This document shows positions 1-8,881 of a stretch of DNA of 64,000 nt, one piece after another. Origin of the DNA: Candidatus Bathyarchaeia archaeon (GTDB lineage Archaea > Thermoproteota > Bathyarchaeia > Bathyarchaeales > Bathycorpusculaceae). The stretch is taken from assembly GCA_038883655.1 (NCBI GenBank), contig JAVZLQ010000003.1:32001-96000 (forward strand), written 5' to 3'. A model generated the notes under the pieces. That model did no database searches. It was not told the DNA's origin and saw only the letters and a program-made list of their open reading frames with translations. Both the position numbers and the translations under genes were made by a program. Every line of letters starts with the position of its first letter. Within the stretch, counting starts at the first letter, position 1.

Positions 1-2
1 AC

Positions 3-272
3 ATAACAAGCCTAATTGTGCCGTTGTTTTTTGTTCCTATGGGTAGGCTGAAAAATGAGGATTGGTTTAAGGAAACAGAAATGACTGAACTACACAAAGA
101 ATTGCTGACAAAGTGCCTCCAACACGACTTCCGTTGGATAGGCAAACTCATAAGCCTATCATTCGCTGGAAAATGGTACGCAAACATCATGCAACAATTC
201 TACCGAATATTCGTAAAAATCGTGGAACATCAAGCAAAGAAGAAGGGAATCCACGTACAATATGAAGACTAA
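3..272 (+). CDS. 3' end of a gene cut by the window edge; possibly the C-terminus of a radical SAM family protein
   Basis: Frame is open from base 3 (ITSLIVPLFFVPMG...). The motif resembles C-termini of archaeal radical SAM proteins (recollection only). Confidence 0.4.
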   Translation: MTSLIVPLFFVPMGRLKNEDWFKETEMTELHKELLTKCLQHDFRWIGKLISLSFAGKWYANIMQQFYRIFVKIVEHQAKKKGIHVQYED

Positions 273-310
273 ACTTAAATATCACCCTCAAAACTTCAAA
301 TCACAGCAAA

Positions 311-384
311 GCCGCCGTAGCTCAGTTCGGTAGAGCGGCTGGCTGTTAACCAGTCGGTCGTAGGTTCAAGTCCTACCGGCGGCG
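311..384 (+). tRNA. tRNA-Asn(GUU)
   Basis: Acceptor stem GCCGCCG/CGGCGGC, anticodon arm GCTGG-CTGTTAA-CCAGT, T-loop GGTTCAAGTCC, upstream TATA-like TTAAATA. Confidence 0.97.
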
Positions 385-584
385 CCTCCTTCATATGTCA
401 ATTTTACTTAGGTTTTAAACGCAAAGTTGGACGGTCCTTCTAGGTTTTCATCTCCTGTGCGAAAATGAACCGATTTTGAGAACCATTTTCGCTACCCCCT
501 CCCCTCTAAAATTGGATAATGCCTTTAGATTTTCAGTCTTTATATGCATAAGGCTTGGGGTAATGCTTCCATCTTTTTTGGGTT

Positions 585-914
585 TTATGTTGATTCGTAT
601 GTTGTGTGGAGTTTTTTGATTGCCACCGTGTTCCTCAGATGAGTTTCAGTGTTTGGCGGTTCGGGTAGTTCGCTTACTATTGGGCGTCTTTGTACGTGTT
701 TGTATCCGCACTCGCATTCAAAGCCTACTATTGCTTCTTTGCGTTTGATTTCCCTCCACCTTCGCCCATTACAGTTTGTGTTTCTTTTGTGTATTTTCCA
801 TAGGATTCTTGCTTCGTTATGGGTTATTGGGGCGAAGTGTTTTGCGTATGCAAAATACCATATTGCGTAGATTGCGAAGCACGCCCATGTTATGGACGCG
901 ATTATTTCCCACAT
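585..914 (-). CDS. Hypothetical membrane-anchored protein with a putative Zn-binding His/Cys cluster
   Basis: N-terminal hydrophobic helix followed by H..C...CECG. Confidence 0.6.
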   Translation of the reverse strand: MWEIIASITWACFAIYAIWYFAYAKHFAPITHNEARILWKIHKRNTNCNGRRWREIKRKEAIVGFECECGYKHVQRRPIVSELPEPPNTETHLRNTVAIKKLHTTYEST

Positions 915-1047
915 GTTTTTCGCCTAGTGTATTTGTGTTTTACACGTGTACATTATGTCCACAATGGGACATATCTATGCTTGGAATATTCTTTCTTACG
1001 ATATAAACATTATCTAAAAAGCCGAATAGCTAAACCAAACTAACAGC

Positions 1048-1512
1048 CTAAAACTGCGCCAAAACATCACCCTTCTCCATAATATAACCACAATAATGAC
1101 ACTTCAAAAGCAAGGGCTCTTCGCTCTCAACATAAAACTTGGCTTGAACAGGCTCATTGCTATTGCTTATACATGCGGGATTCGCACACTTAATAATGTT
1201 CTCAATCACCTTCGGAAGTTGAACACGCTGCTTCTCAACAACATTATAATCGCGTATTATATTTATTGTCGCGTGTGGGGCAACCAAAGCAATCTTATGC
1301 ACTTCCTGGGGGTTTAGCGCTCTACCCTCAACCTTCACAATGTCCTTAACCTTAAAACGCTTGCTAGGAACATTGATCGCTATTGTGATGACACGCTTCT
1401 CGCGTCCAGTTATGCCCAAAATCTTAACAACGTCCAACGCATGCCCGCCAGTAATGTGGTCTATGACAGTCCCATCCTTAATTTTTGAAACATGCAACAC
1501 AGTATCGCTCAT
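1048..1512 (-). CDS. pyrI: Aspartate carbamoyltransferase regulatory subunit
   Basis: KIKDGTVIDHI, KDIVKVE, C.NP.CISN and C..C motifs; start moved to MSDTVL. Confidence 0.96.
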   Translation of the reverse strand: MSDTVLHVSKIKDGTVIDHITGGHALDVVKILGITGREKRVITIAINVPSKRFKVKDIVKVEGRALNPQEVHKIALVAPHATINIIRDYNVVEKQRVQLPKVIENIIKCANPACISNSNEPVQAKFYVESEEPLLLKCHYCGYIMEKGDVLAQF

Positions 1513-1769
1513 ACAAGCCCTCCTTGAAGAAACGCTATGACAGAACAAGGATAAAAGATTAACCAAATATAACAGTTACATCGGAACATTCAAGCCATTT
1601 CCGAAAACTCTAAACTCCTTTAGCCCATCATCAGAAAACTATTTGGTCCACAGCTCAGCACAATAGCCACCAAACCCAGCAAACCAAAAAACAGAATACC
1701 AATCACAAACTAATAAAATACTCAAACAAACACAACAAAAAGTAGCACATATTAACAAGTACGCTCCAA

Positions 1770-1882
1770 GCCGGGGTCTCCTAGTCAGGTAGGGAGCAGG
1801 CCTGGAGACATAACAACGCCTAAAACGCCACCAAGCCTGTGGCCCATAACGGGCCGCGTGGGTTCAAATCCCACCCCCGGCG
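1770..1882 (+). tRNA. tRNA-Ser(GGA) with a 26-nt intron at 37/38 (about 1808-1833)
   Basis: Acceptor GCCGGGG/CCCCGGC, anticodon stem CAGGC/GCCTG with CT-GGA-G, long variable arm GGCCC-ATAAC-GGGCC, T-arm GTGGGTTCAAATCCCAC. Confidence 0.93.
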
Positions 1883-1997
1883 CCTCCAACAAGGCCATTA
1901 AAGAAGGGATTGGATTGATATCTTCTATTAGTAAGGGAGAGGGTTCGTTTGAAAACGTTCCTTGCCTGGACGCTGCAGAAATCTTGATCTTTAAAAT

Positions 1998-2315
1998 GGG
2001 CTGGCGTGTTAGCGGTAACCCGCCTTCTGTTTTGGTGGCATTCGACTAATCGGGCTACCCGCGCTTTGGGTAGATTCCTCATCAGCGGCTGTTTGCCCTT
2101 TACACTTGCAGGGCGGCCGTTTCACCGTTTCCACCCGGCATTCTCGGCAACTTAGCATGCCCCATTGGCACTTGCTGGGTGGGCGTTTCGTTTCTGCTCC
2201 GTTGCCAAGGCTCTCGCCTTACGCCCTTGCGGGAGTTGCAATTCTACTTGTGGGCGGAGTTTCCTCAAGCCCTTTTAGTAGGGGCTCGAAAGCCACCTCG
2301 CCAACTCGCCAGCCC
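1998..2315 (-). ncRNA. rnpB: Archaeal RNase P RNA
   Basis: Minus strand contains GAGGAAACTCCGCCC and AACAGAAGGCGGGTTA (P4 elements); terminal P1 helix GGGCTGGCG/CGCCAGCCC. Confidence 0.95.
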
Positions 2316-2408
2316 CGAGATAATATTTTGCGAAGTTAGCGATAAAGTTTGTTTTGCGTCAAGCATTTATTTTGCTTGGTCTTTTATTTTATGTTAGGTG
2401 TGTGCACA

Positions 2409-3086
2409 TTGGATTTGTCCATTTTGTTTGCTTCATTAATCTTGTTTGCAATGGGTTGTCTAGCCTTGGTCCTATCAATAGTTTTTCGCTTAAAGTTTAA
2501 GGAGTTGAATAGTTTACCGAAAAATTTGTCCGCTAAAATTTTTAATAAAACCTTTGTTGTTTTTAATCCTTATGTGCGCCATGGGAAAATAATTCATAGC
2601 TATTTGCTTACTTCGGCGTTTATAGCGGGTCTTACGGCGTTCTTTGTTTCGCTATTTTTGTTTTTCATGATTGCTGAAGGTCTTGCTTTAAGCATTTTCA
2701 TTATTCTTACAGCGTTGAATCTGATTGTTTTGGATGACGCCTTTGACGTTTATGAAAACTCTAAACTTTTCCTAAATGCCATCCGTAATGGTGATAGCCT
2801 AGGGGTTGGCGATCTAACGTTTTTTTCCCATCTTAAACTCTTTACGCGGAAACTGAGCAATTATTATCTTGGCGTAACAATTTTTTTGCTTTCACTTTCT
2901 ACGCTGTTGCCATATGTCTTTTATCCAGCGTTACTTGCTTTTTGCCAATTTATAGGGCTGATAATTCAAGCGAGTTCAATTGCAGGTGCTGTTAGTTGGC
3001 AGTTTGCTGTATTTTTGTTCGCTTTTGTTCTCGTACTTTTTGAAGTTTTCGCCATAAAGGTTAAAGTCAAAATTTTCAATGTTTAA
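2409..3086 (+). CDS. Hypothetical multi-pass membrane protein
   Basis: 5-6 hydrophobic segments; TTG start after an AGGTG RBS. Confidence 0.7.
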   Translation: MDLSILFASLILFAMGCLALVLSIVFRLKFKELNSLPKNLSAKIFNKTFVVFNPYVRHGKIIHSYLLTSAFIAGLTAFFVSLFLFFMIAEGLALSIFIILTALNLIVLDDAFDVYENSKLFLNAIRNGDSLGVGDLTFFSHLKLFTRKLSNYYLGVTIFLLSLSTLLPYVFYPALLAFCQFIGLIIQASSIAGAVSWQFAVFLFAFVLVLFEVFAIKVKVKIFNV

Positions 3087-3106
3087 AAGGTTAGGATGTT
3101 GTAGAA

Positions 3107-3712
3107 TTGTTTGTTAAGCCTTTGAAGGATGGTAAGCGTGTTGTTCTTATTACGGGGACACCTTGTGTTGGTAAAACTTCTGTTGCTCGTCTTCTGGCTT
3201 CGAAGATTGATGCTTTTTACGTTAATTTGACTGAACTGGCGTTAAATGAAAATCTTGTTTCTAGCATTGATAAAGAGCGGGATTCCATTATCGTTGATGA
3301 AGTTCGTATGCAGCGAAAAATCTCTGACATTATTAGGGGAGTTGGTAAAGATGTTGTTGTTGATGGACATTACGTTGTTCACGTTGTTCCTAAACGATTT
3401 GTGTCGCATGTTTTTGTTTTGAGGAGGGACCCCGTGGAGTTGCGTGCTTTTATGGACAAGGCGGGCTTTTCTGGACGCAAGTTGTGGGAGAATTTGGCGG
3501 CTGAGATTTTGGATGTTTGCCTTTTTGAAGCTGTAAAAGCTTATGGTGTGGATAAAGTTTGTGAGTTGAATGTTACTGGGAAAAGTGTGGAAGATGTTGT
3601 TCAGGAAATTTTGGATGTTGTTAGTGGACGCGTTAGGTGTCGTGTTGGTGTTGTTGACTGGCTTGGCAAGTTGGAGAGCGAGGGATTATTAGAGGAGTAT
3701 CTGAGGATTTAG
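3107..3712 (+). CDS. Adenylate kinase, AK6/Fap7 family
   Basis: Walker A GTPCVGKT, VVDGH, and EN..AEILD motifs. Confidence 0.9.
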   Translation: MFVKPLKDGKRVVLITGTPCVGKTSVARLLASKIDAFYVNLTELALNENLVSSIDKERDSIIVDEVRMQRKISDIIRGVGKDVVVDGHYVVHVVPKRFVSHVFVLRRDPVELRAFMDKAGFSGRKLWENLAAEILDVCLFEAVKAYGVDKVCELNVTGKSVEDVVQEILDVVSGRVRCRVGVVDWLGKLESEGLLEEYLRI

Positions 3713-3717
3713 CGTTT

Positions 3718-4086
3718 TTACCTTAGGCTTGTGAGTATCTGCCTCTTCGTTATGAGCGTAATTTTCCTTCTGTTTGCGTAGGCTTTTGCGTGGTCGCTGA
3801 ACTTTTCTCCAATCAATATTGGGTTTGAAAGTCCAGCGTCTTCAGACGCCTTGTCAAGGTTTATGACCATGTTTATTCCTATTGTTCTGTTCCAGTCCCT
3901 TATCCAAACACCTTGCGTGACACGTCCCCTTTGCACTATTAGGTCGAATTTTCTTAGGACGCCCGTTCTTCCTTCTAAAACTGTTTTTTCTTGTTCTATT
4001 TTGTAACCTTCCTTTTTCAAATACTTCACTGCCAAATTAAATAGTTCGCTTGAAGGTTTTGCTTCTTTTTGTTCTTCTGTTCCCAT
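3718..4086 (-). CDS. Stand-alone Mrr-like restriction-endonuclease-fold protein
   Basis: YLKKEGYKI..LEGRTG..RKFDL and FSDHAKAYA..I.LI pattern; catalytic ExK replaced by WIR. Confidence 0.75.
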   Translation of the reverse strand: MGTEEQKEAKPSSELFNLAVKYLKKEGYKIEQEKTVLEGRTGVLRKFDLIVQRGRVTQGVWIRDWNRTIGINMVINLDKASEDAGLSNPILIGEKFSDHAKAYANRRKITLITKRQILTSLR

Positions 4087-4154
4087 TTGCTGTCACGAGT
4101 ATTAAACGTTATTTAGCTGATTGTGGAAAAGGTTTTCGATTGGTGAAAAAGCGC

Positions 4155-4367
4155 ATGTCTTTCCTAGTTGTTGTTTGCGGCAAATGCGGTGGGCTTTTGT
4201 TGGCTAGAGCTGAACAGAAAATGAGGACTTGTCCCTACTGCGGCTTTAAAATGGAATTGTGCAAGGCGAAGAAAGTTGCTTCAGCCAAAACGGCCTTTGA
4301 AGCTTCAGTTTTGCTGCAGAATTTGAAGAAAAACTTTTCTTTGAAGCGTGATTCTGCTAGCCGCTGA
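4155..4367 (+). CDS. Small zinc-ribbon protein (DUF1922-like)
   Basis: CGKCG...RTCPYCG; start moved to MSFLVVVC. Confidence 0.8.
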   Translation: MSFLVVVCGKCGGLLLARAEQKMRTCPYCGFKMELCKAKKVASAKTAFEASVLLQNLKKNFSLKRDSASR

Positions 4368-5109
4368 TGACTCTAATGTAAGCCATGAGCGCTATTCCCA
4401 ACAGTATTGTTATTAGCTGGATCAGAGATGCTGGTGCTTGAGATTTTTTGTGCAGTTCTGGCATTAGGTCTGTTGCTGCAATGTAGATGAAGCCGCCTGC
4501 CGCGAATGGAACAAGCAGCATCTGCAAGCCTTGAATTGCCGTTAGAAAGTATGTCACTAACGCGCCTATGATTGCCGTCACTGCAGAGGCAAAGTTGTAT
4601 GTTAACGCTTTCCTTTTGCTTAGTCCCCCGTAGATTAGTATTCCGAAGTCCCCTATTTCTTGCGGAATTTCGTGAAAGACTACCGCGAGGGCCGTGGCTA
4701 ATCCAAGTTCAAAATTCACCATGAATGTGGCGGCGATTATCATTCCATCAATGAAATTATGGATTCCGTCTCCGAGAAGGTTTAGGTAGACAAACATGTG
4801 CGCGGGACAAGTCTCTTCGTGGCAGTGGCGCCAGTAGAGGAACTTTTCTAAGGCGAAGAATGCAACTATGCCGAGTATTACATAGTAGAAGGGCATAATC
4901 GCCTCGTTGGGGTTTGACGTTGATTCTGGAATGGCTTCTGGTATTAAATGTAGGAAGGCGTCGCCTAATAATGTTCCAGAAGCGAAGCCCACGAGAGCTG
5001 TTAAAACGCGTTTTAACGCTTTTTCGTTTAGTCCTATGAATATTATTCCTATGAAGGCTATTAGACTTACAATTGTTACTGATGATAGAATTGGTATTAT
5101 TGGGTCCAT
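4357..5109 (-). CDS. ZIP family zinc/metal transporter
   Basis: HNFIDG, HEIPQEIGDF and DLMPELH motifs. Confidence 0.95.
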   Translation of the reverse strand: MDPIIPILSSVTIVSLIAFIGIIFIGLNEKALKRVLTALVGFASGTLLGDAFLHLIPEAIPESTSNPNEAIMPFYYVILGIVAFFALEKFLYWRHCHEETCPAHMFVYLNLLGDGIHNFIDGMIIAATFMVNFELGLATALAVVFHEIPQEIGDFGILIYGGLSKRKALTYNFASAVTAIIGALVTYFLTAIQGLQMLLVPFAAGGFIYIAATDLMPELHKKSQAPASLIQLITILLGIALMAYIRVISG

Positions 5110-5168
5110 TATTTTCCTTTTTCAACAATCCTTGTTAATTAGAATATCGGTTCAATTCGGGCTTGCGG

Positions 5169-6116
5169 TTAACCAAGTTTCTTAAGCATTTGGCATGTCA
5201 TGCATAGCTTTTCTGTTGCTGGTTCTCCGCATTCAACGCATTCCCTTAACCCTTCTCTTTCGGAAACTTTCTCCAGCACCGGGCGGATTTTCTCTATTGC
5301 CTTAAATATCGTGAATTTTGTTCCCGCATGTTTCTCTTCTATCCTGTTTAGCATGACGCGTATGTCGTTTCGTAGCGCTTCTTGGGCGTATGGGCATGGG
5401 TTGCTCTGGAAGCGTATGTTCTTGACGTAAGCATATAGCGCAGTTTCCTTTTCCGGAATCTCGCAGAACGGCTTAACTTTCTGAACAAGTTTTGGATGCC
5501 TTTCATCTGTTACTGGCTTTTCGCGCGCTATTCGCAGCACATCGCCGTGAAAAATGTTTAACAAAATTGTTTGCGTTTCATCGTCAAGAGTGTGGGCTGT
5601 AGCGATTTTGTCCGCTTTCAGGTTTCTAGCAGCGGTATTTAATGCTCTTCTCCTTAGGACTCCACAGTAAGCGCATGGCGTTAGCTCGCTCTTTCCTTTA
5701 ACCGCTTTTTCGACAATTTCGTCAAGCGTGTAACCATAAAGCTCTTTGAACGAAACTGTATAATGTTCTACGCCAAGTTTCTTGCAGTTTTCGGCGGCTA
5801 TTTTTAGGGCTTCGTCTCTATAGCCCTTTATTCCCTCGTCAACTGTTATGGCGACAAGCGAAGTTTTTGGATAGTCCCGCTCTATTTTTGCCAAGATGTG
5901 GAGTAGGCTTACGCTGTCTTTTCCACCAGAAACAGCCACAGCTATCCTATCATCAAAATCAAACATTTTGTATTTTGCTATTGTTGCTCTAACCTTTTCC
6001 TCGATTGATTCTGCAAAGCATTTTCTGCAAAGTTTTTCTCCAGAATACCGCCTAGAAAAGAATGCTTCTCTGCGCTTGCATACGCTGCATGTTATCGCCT
6101 TTTCCATTCTCGCCAC
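5169..6116 (-). CDS. tRNA 2-thiolation protein (TtuA/Ncs6/CTU1 family)
   Basis: PP-loop SGGKDS, CAYCGVLRR, CPY, and terminal Zn fingers. Confidence 0.92.
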   Translation of the reverse strand: MARMEKAITCSVCKRREAFFSRRYSGEKLCRKCFAESIEEKVRATIAKYKMFDFDDRIAVAVSGGKDSVSLLHILAKIERDYPKTSLVAITVDEGIKGYRDEALKIAAENCKKLGVEHYTVSFKELYGYTLDEIVEKAVKGKSELTPCAYCGVLRRRALNTAARNLKADKIATAHTLDDETQTILLNIFHGDVLRIAREKPVTDERHPKLVQKVKPFCEIPEKETALYAYVKNIRFQSNPCPYAQEALRNDIRVMLNRIEEKHAGTKFTIFKAIEKIRPVLEKVSEREGLRECVECGEPATEKLCMTCQMLKKLG

Positions 6117-6173
6117 TTTCTGGAATTACCTAAATAATTCTCTCATACCTATAGTTTTTGAACGGGTAAGCAC

Positions 6174-6881
6174 ATGGCTAAAAAACCTTCAAGGCGCCTA
6201 GAACAGCGCGAAGCGATCTATGATTCACGACGGTGGCTTCTGCTTGGGGCGTTTAGAGTTAAGGCTATGCAGATAATGGAAGCTTTGGAAAATTTTCATT
6301 TAAACGCCATTGTGCATGGCAGCATCGCGAGGGGCGACGTGAATGAAGGAAGCGACATAGACGTTTTCATACCATATCAGGTGTCCTCTTTCATGGTGGA
6401 AACAGCAATTGAAAATGCTGGCATTAGTGTCAATAGACGCTTAGTTGCGCAAGCCACACCAGCCTACGCCATGAAAGCATACATCGAAATAGACGAGAAA
6501 ACAGCGGTTTCTTTCCCGCTTATGAAGATGCGCAAAGTCGAGCGGGAATTTTACAAGTTCGGCGGCGAGGCTACGCTAGAAGATTTGAGAGCGAATCTTC
6601 GCGTATGTGGCGTTGATAAGCGGCTAATGCTTATCGAACCGACGGAGAAGGGGCACGTTGAAAGTTCTGTTATAGGACGCGAGAATCACGTTGCAAAGCT
6701 TTTGGGAATATCCGTTGAAACTGTTTTAGATCGTGTTCACGCGCTTCTCAGGAGAGATGATGTTGGAAGAACTGGGGTTTTCATTCAAAAGGAGCTTTTA
6801 AGTGGAGAAACGTTTGAGATGGCGTTGAAGAGGCTTGCTGAACAGAATCCAGCAGTTCGTAGGCGCTTGGCTCTTGGCTAA
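6174..6881 (+). CDS. Archaeal DNA polymerase beta-like nucleotidyltransferase
   Basis: HGSIARGDV..SDIDVF, GVDKRL and GRTGVF motifs. Confidence 0.88.
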   Translation: MAKKPSRRLEQREAIYDSRRWLLLGAFRVKAMQIMEALENFHLNAIVHGSIARGDVNEGSDIDVFIPYQVSSFMVETAIENAGISVNRRLVAQATPAYAMKAYIEIDEKTAVSFPLMKMRKVEREFYKFGGEATLEDLRANLRVCGVDKRLMLIEPTEKGHVESSVIGRENHVAKLLGISVETVLDRVHALLRRDDVGRTGVFIQKELLSGETFEMALKRLAEQNPAVRRRLALG

Positions 6882-7957
6882 TTTGGCATTGGAAAGCGTA
6901 GGAGCGCTGCTATTCCGCCTAGAGCCAAAAGCTTCGCTCCAGCCTCATGTTCTGTGCTTATGACGATTATGCTTCCACCAGCATTTTCAACATTCTTCAT
7001 CAAATCTTCAACGTGTAAACGTTTTTCGTCTGAAGCTTCTCGTAGCATGGTGTCTGCCAAAACAAGTTTTTCAACTGCGCCTAGTACAACAGCCTTTTCC
7101 ACGTTAGCGGTTCCATAAGTTACTGTTCGTTCGTCCTTCCCAAGCCGTTTTAGAATTTCTTCAACAATCTCTGTTTCTTCAATTATTCGCTGTTGCATCA
7201 CAGTTTTTTGTAGCACTCCAGAGCGTAAAGCCTCGTAGATCCCAGCCACACCGCCGTTGTTTACACTTTTCACGTCTATTATGTGCTTAGCTATTTCAGC
7301 ATCTTCTGCTTCCAAGAATTTTGCAAAGTTATTTTTCACAAAACCTACGCCTATAACCGCTATTGGCGCGCGTGTCGGCATCCAAACTTGTCGTAAGCTT
7401 TCAAGCGCCTTTTTGAAGTATTCGCGTGTGGCTGCAGCTCTTTTTTCGGCTTCAAGTTTTCCTGGAAGCTTGACATTTTCTTCGGTTTTTATGTCTATAC
7501 TGTATTGGGTTGTTGTGGCTATGGCATAGCCCTCGTCGTCTATGGCGATTATCACTATTGGCCTTTCTGATGTTTTACTCGCCCTTTCAAGCCTCTCAAT
7601 CTGGTGTTTAGCCCACTTCCTCTTGACTATTGTTATCGGCGTGTTTAGGGTTACGTTCAGCGTGTGGTGTGCACCAGTTGGCACGATTTCCGGTGCTTCG
7701 CATATTGTTCCGTGAACGCGCAGTCTTCCCAAAAGCTTGTCCCAAGAGACATCTTCAACTTTTACTCCTAGGAAAACCGAGACGCGTTCTCCACGTTTTG
7801 GTCTTGCATACTTTTCTTCGGGTTTTATCTCTCTAGACGTGTAAGCGTAAACTTCATCGCCCTTGTAAATTATGTTGTACAAGTGCCAAAAATCATCGAG
7901 AGTTTCTGGAATAACCTTCACAAAGCCCTTTTTGAGGTTCACCTCTAGAATTTTCAA
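6878..7957 (-). CDS. pelA: mRNA surveillance protein pelota
   Basis: PETLDDFWHLYNII, GAHHTL, PGK and LGGIAALLRF motifs. Confidence 0.96.
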   Translation of the reverse strand: MKILEVNLKKGFVKVIPETLDDFWHLYNIIYKGDEVYAYTSREIKPEEKYARPKRGERVSVFLGVKVEDVSWDKLLGRLRVHGTICEAPEIVPTGAHHTLNVTLNTPITIVKRKWAKHQIERLERASKTSERPIVIIAIDDEGYAIATTTQYSIDIKTEENVKLPGKLEAEKRAAATREYFKKALESLRQVWMPTRAPIAVIGVGFVKNNFAKFLEAEDAEIAKHIIDVKSVNNGGVAGIYEALRSGVLQKTVMQQRIIEETEIVEEILKRLGKDERTVTYGTANVEKAVVLGAVEKLVLADTMLREASDEKRLHVEDLMKNVENAGGSIIVISTEHEAGAKLLALGGIAALLRFPMPN

Positions 7958-8053
7958 AACTTTTAGCCTCTTTGCGTGCAGTTATGAAGCAAGTTTTTAA
8001 TCATTTAAAGTGTTAAATAATTTTGGCGTCTAATAGTGTTTTTGGATTAATCC

Positions 8054-8812
8054 ATGATTGTTGAAGTTAGAAAGGCTGTTTTGCTTTTCTTAACACTCTT
8101 TGTAGCATGGCACGTTCTTTACTGTTTTACATTGGTTTCTCCGCTTAGCGACTATTGGCTGCTTGCCTACATTATCGTCTTTGTTGTTGAAGTCTGCTTC
8201 TTTATCCTCAACAGACAAAAGGCAAGCGATTTAGGATTTACAAAAACCAAAGCTTATAAAAAATGCGTAGCTGTTGGCTTAATGTTTGCAGTTTTCTACA
8301 ATTTGTACTTGATTGTAATTGGCACCGCAATGTTTTCTCTTGAACAGCCATTAACTATGCGGTATGAGTTGTTCACTATTTTCTACAATGCCTTTTTGGC
8401 TTTAACTATAGGCGTTGTTGAAGAGAGCGCTTTTAGGGGGTACATTTTAAGAAATCTTGCCAAGGCGTATTCCAACGATAAAGCGATTGCGTATTCCTCC
8501 TTACTATTCGGAATTTATCATCTTTCATTTGTTTACATATTTACATCGCCTATGTCAATAGATGCTTTGTTTTTCTGGGCGGTTTTTGTGCTTTTTGCCT
8601 TTTTCAGCGGGCTTTTCCTCGGATACTTTTATGTAAACTCGGATAAAACGACTGTCGGAACTATAGCATACCATTCAGCAACGATTTTTATCGGTAGCTC
8701 AATATCCTTCAACATTGCAGCGCCCCAAATTTATCAGTACATTTTAAGTATAACCTTCTACATCATCGCGATTCTGGTGCTGATTCTTTTCAAAAGGAAA
8801 CGTTGGCTGTAA
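8054..8812 (+). CDS. CPBP (CAAX/Abi) intramembrane metalloprotease
   Basis: EE..FRG, FGIYH and downstream H motif; multiple TM helices. Confidence 0.88.
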   Translation: MIVEVRKAVLLFLTLFVAWHVLYCFTLVSPLSDYWLLAYIIVFVVEVCFFILNRQKASDLGFTKTKAYKKCVAVGLMFAVFYNLYLIVIGTAMFSLEQPLTMRYELFTIFYNAFLALTIGVVEESAFRGYILRNLAKAYSNDKAIAYSSLLFGIYHLSFVYIFTSPMSIDALFFWAVFVLFAFFSGLFLGYFYVNSDKTTVGTIAYHSATIFIGSSISFNIAAPQIYQYILSITFYIIAILVLILFKRKRWL

Positions 8813-8881
8813 GCAGTGAATTTGAAGAATTAAAAAATGTTAAAAGAAGCATTTTTACATTATTCCTTGAGGCGGTGGGTA

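Noticed and set aside
995-1020. Possible Xer dif site (GATATAA...TATCTAAA)
   Set aside because: Spacing does not fit 11-6-11; more likely the promoter of the 585-914 gene.
1575-1745. A/C-skewed intergenic stretch; weak C/D-box or small-ORF candidate on the minus strand
   Set aside because: Boxes are degenerate and there is no credible ORF or repeat periodicity.
311-1890. Integrated element at tRNA-Asn or tRNA-Ser
   Set aside because: No integrase, no duplicated tRNA 3' end, and the enclosed pyrI is a core gene.
1858-2397. Short ORFs over the tRNA-Ser and RNase P region
   Set aside because: Explained by the RNA genes.
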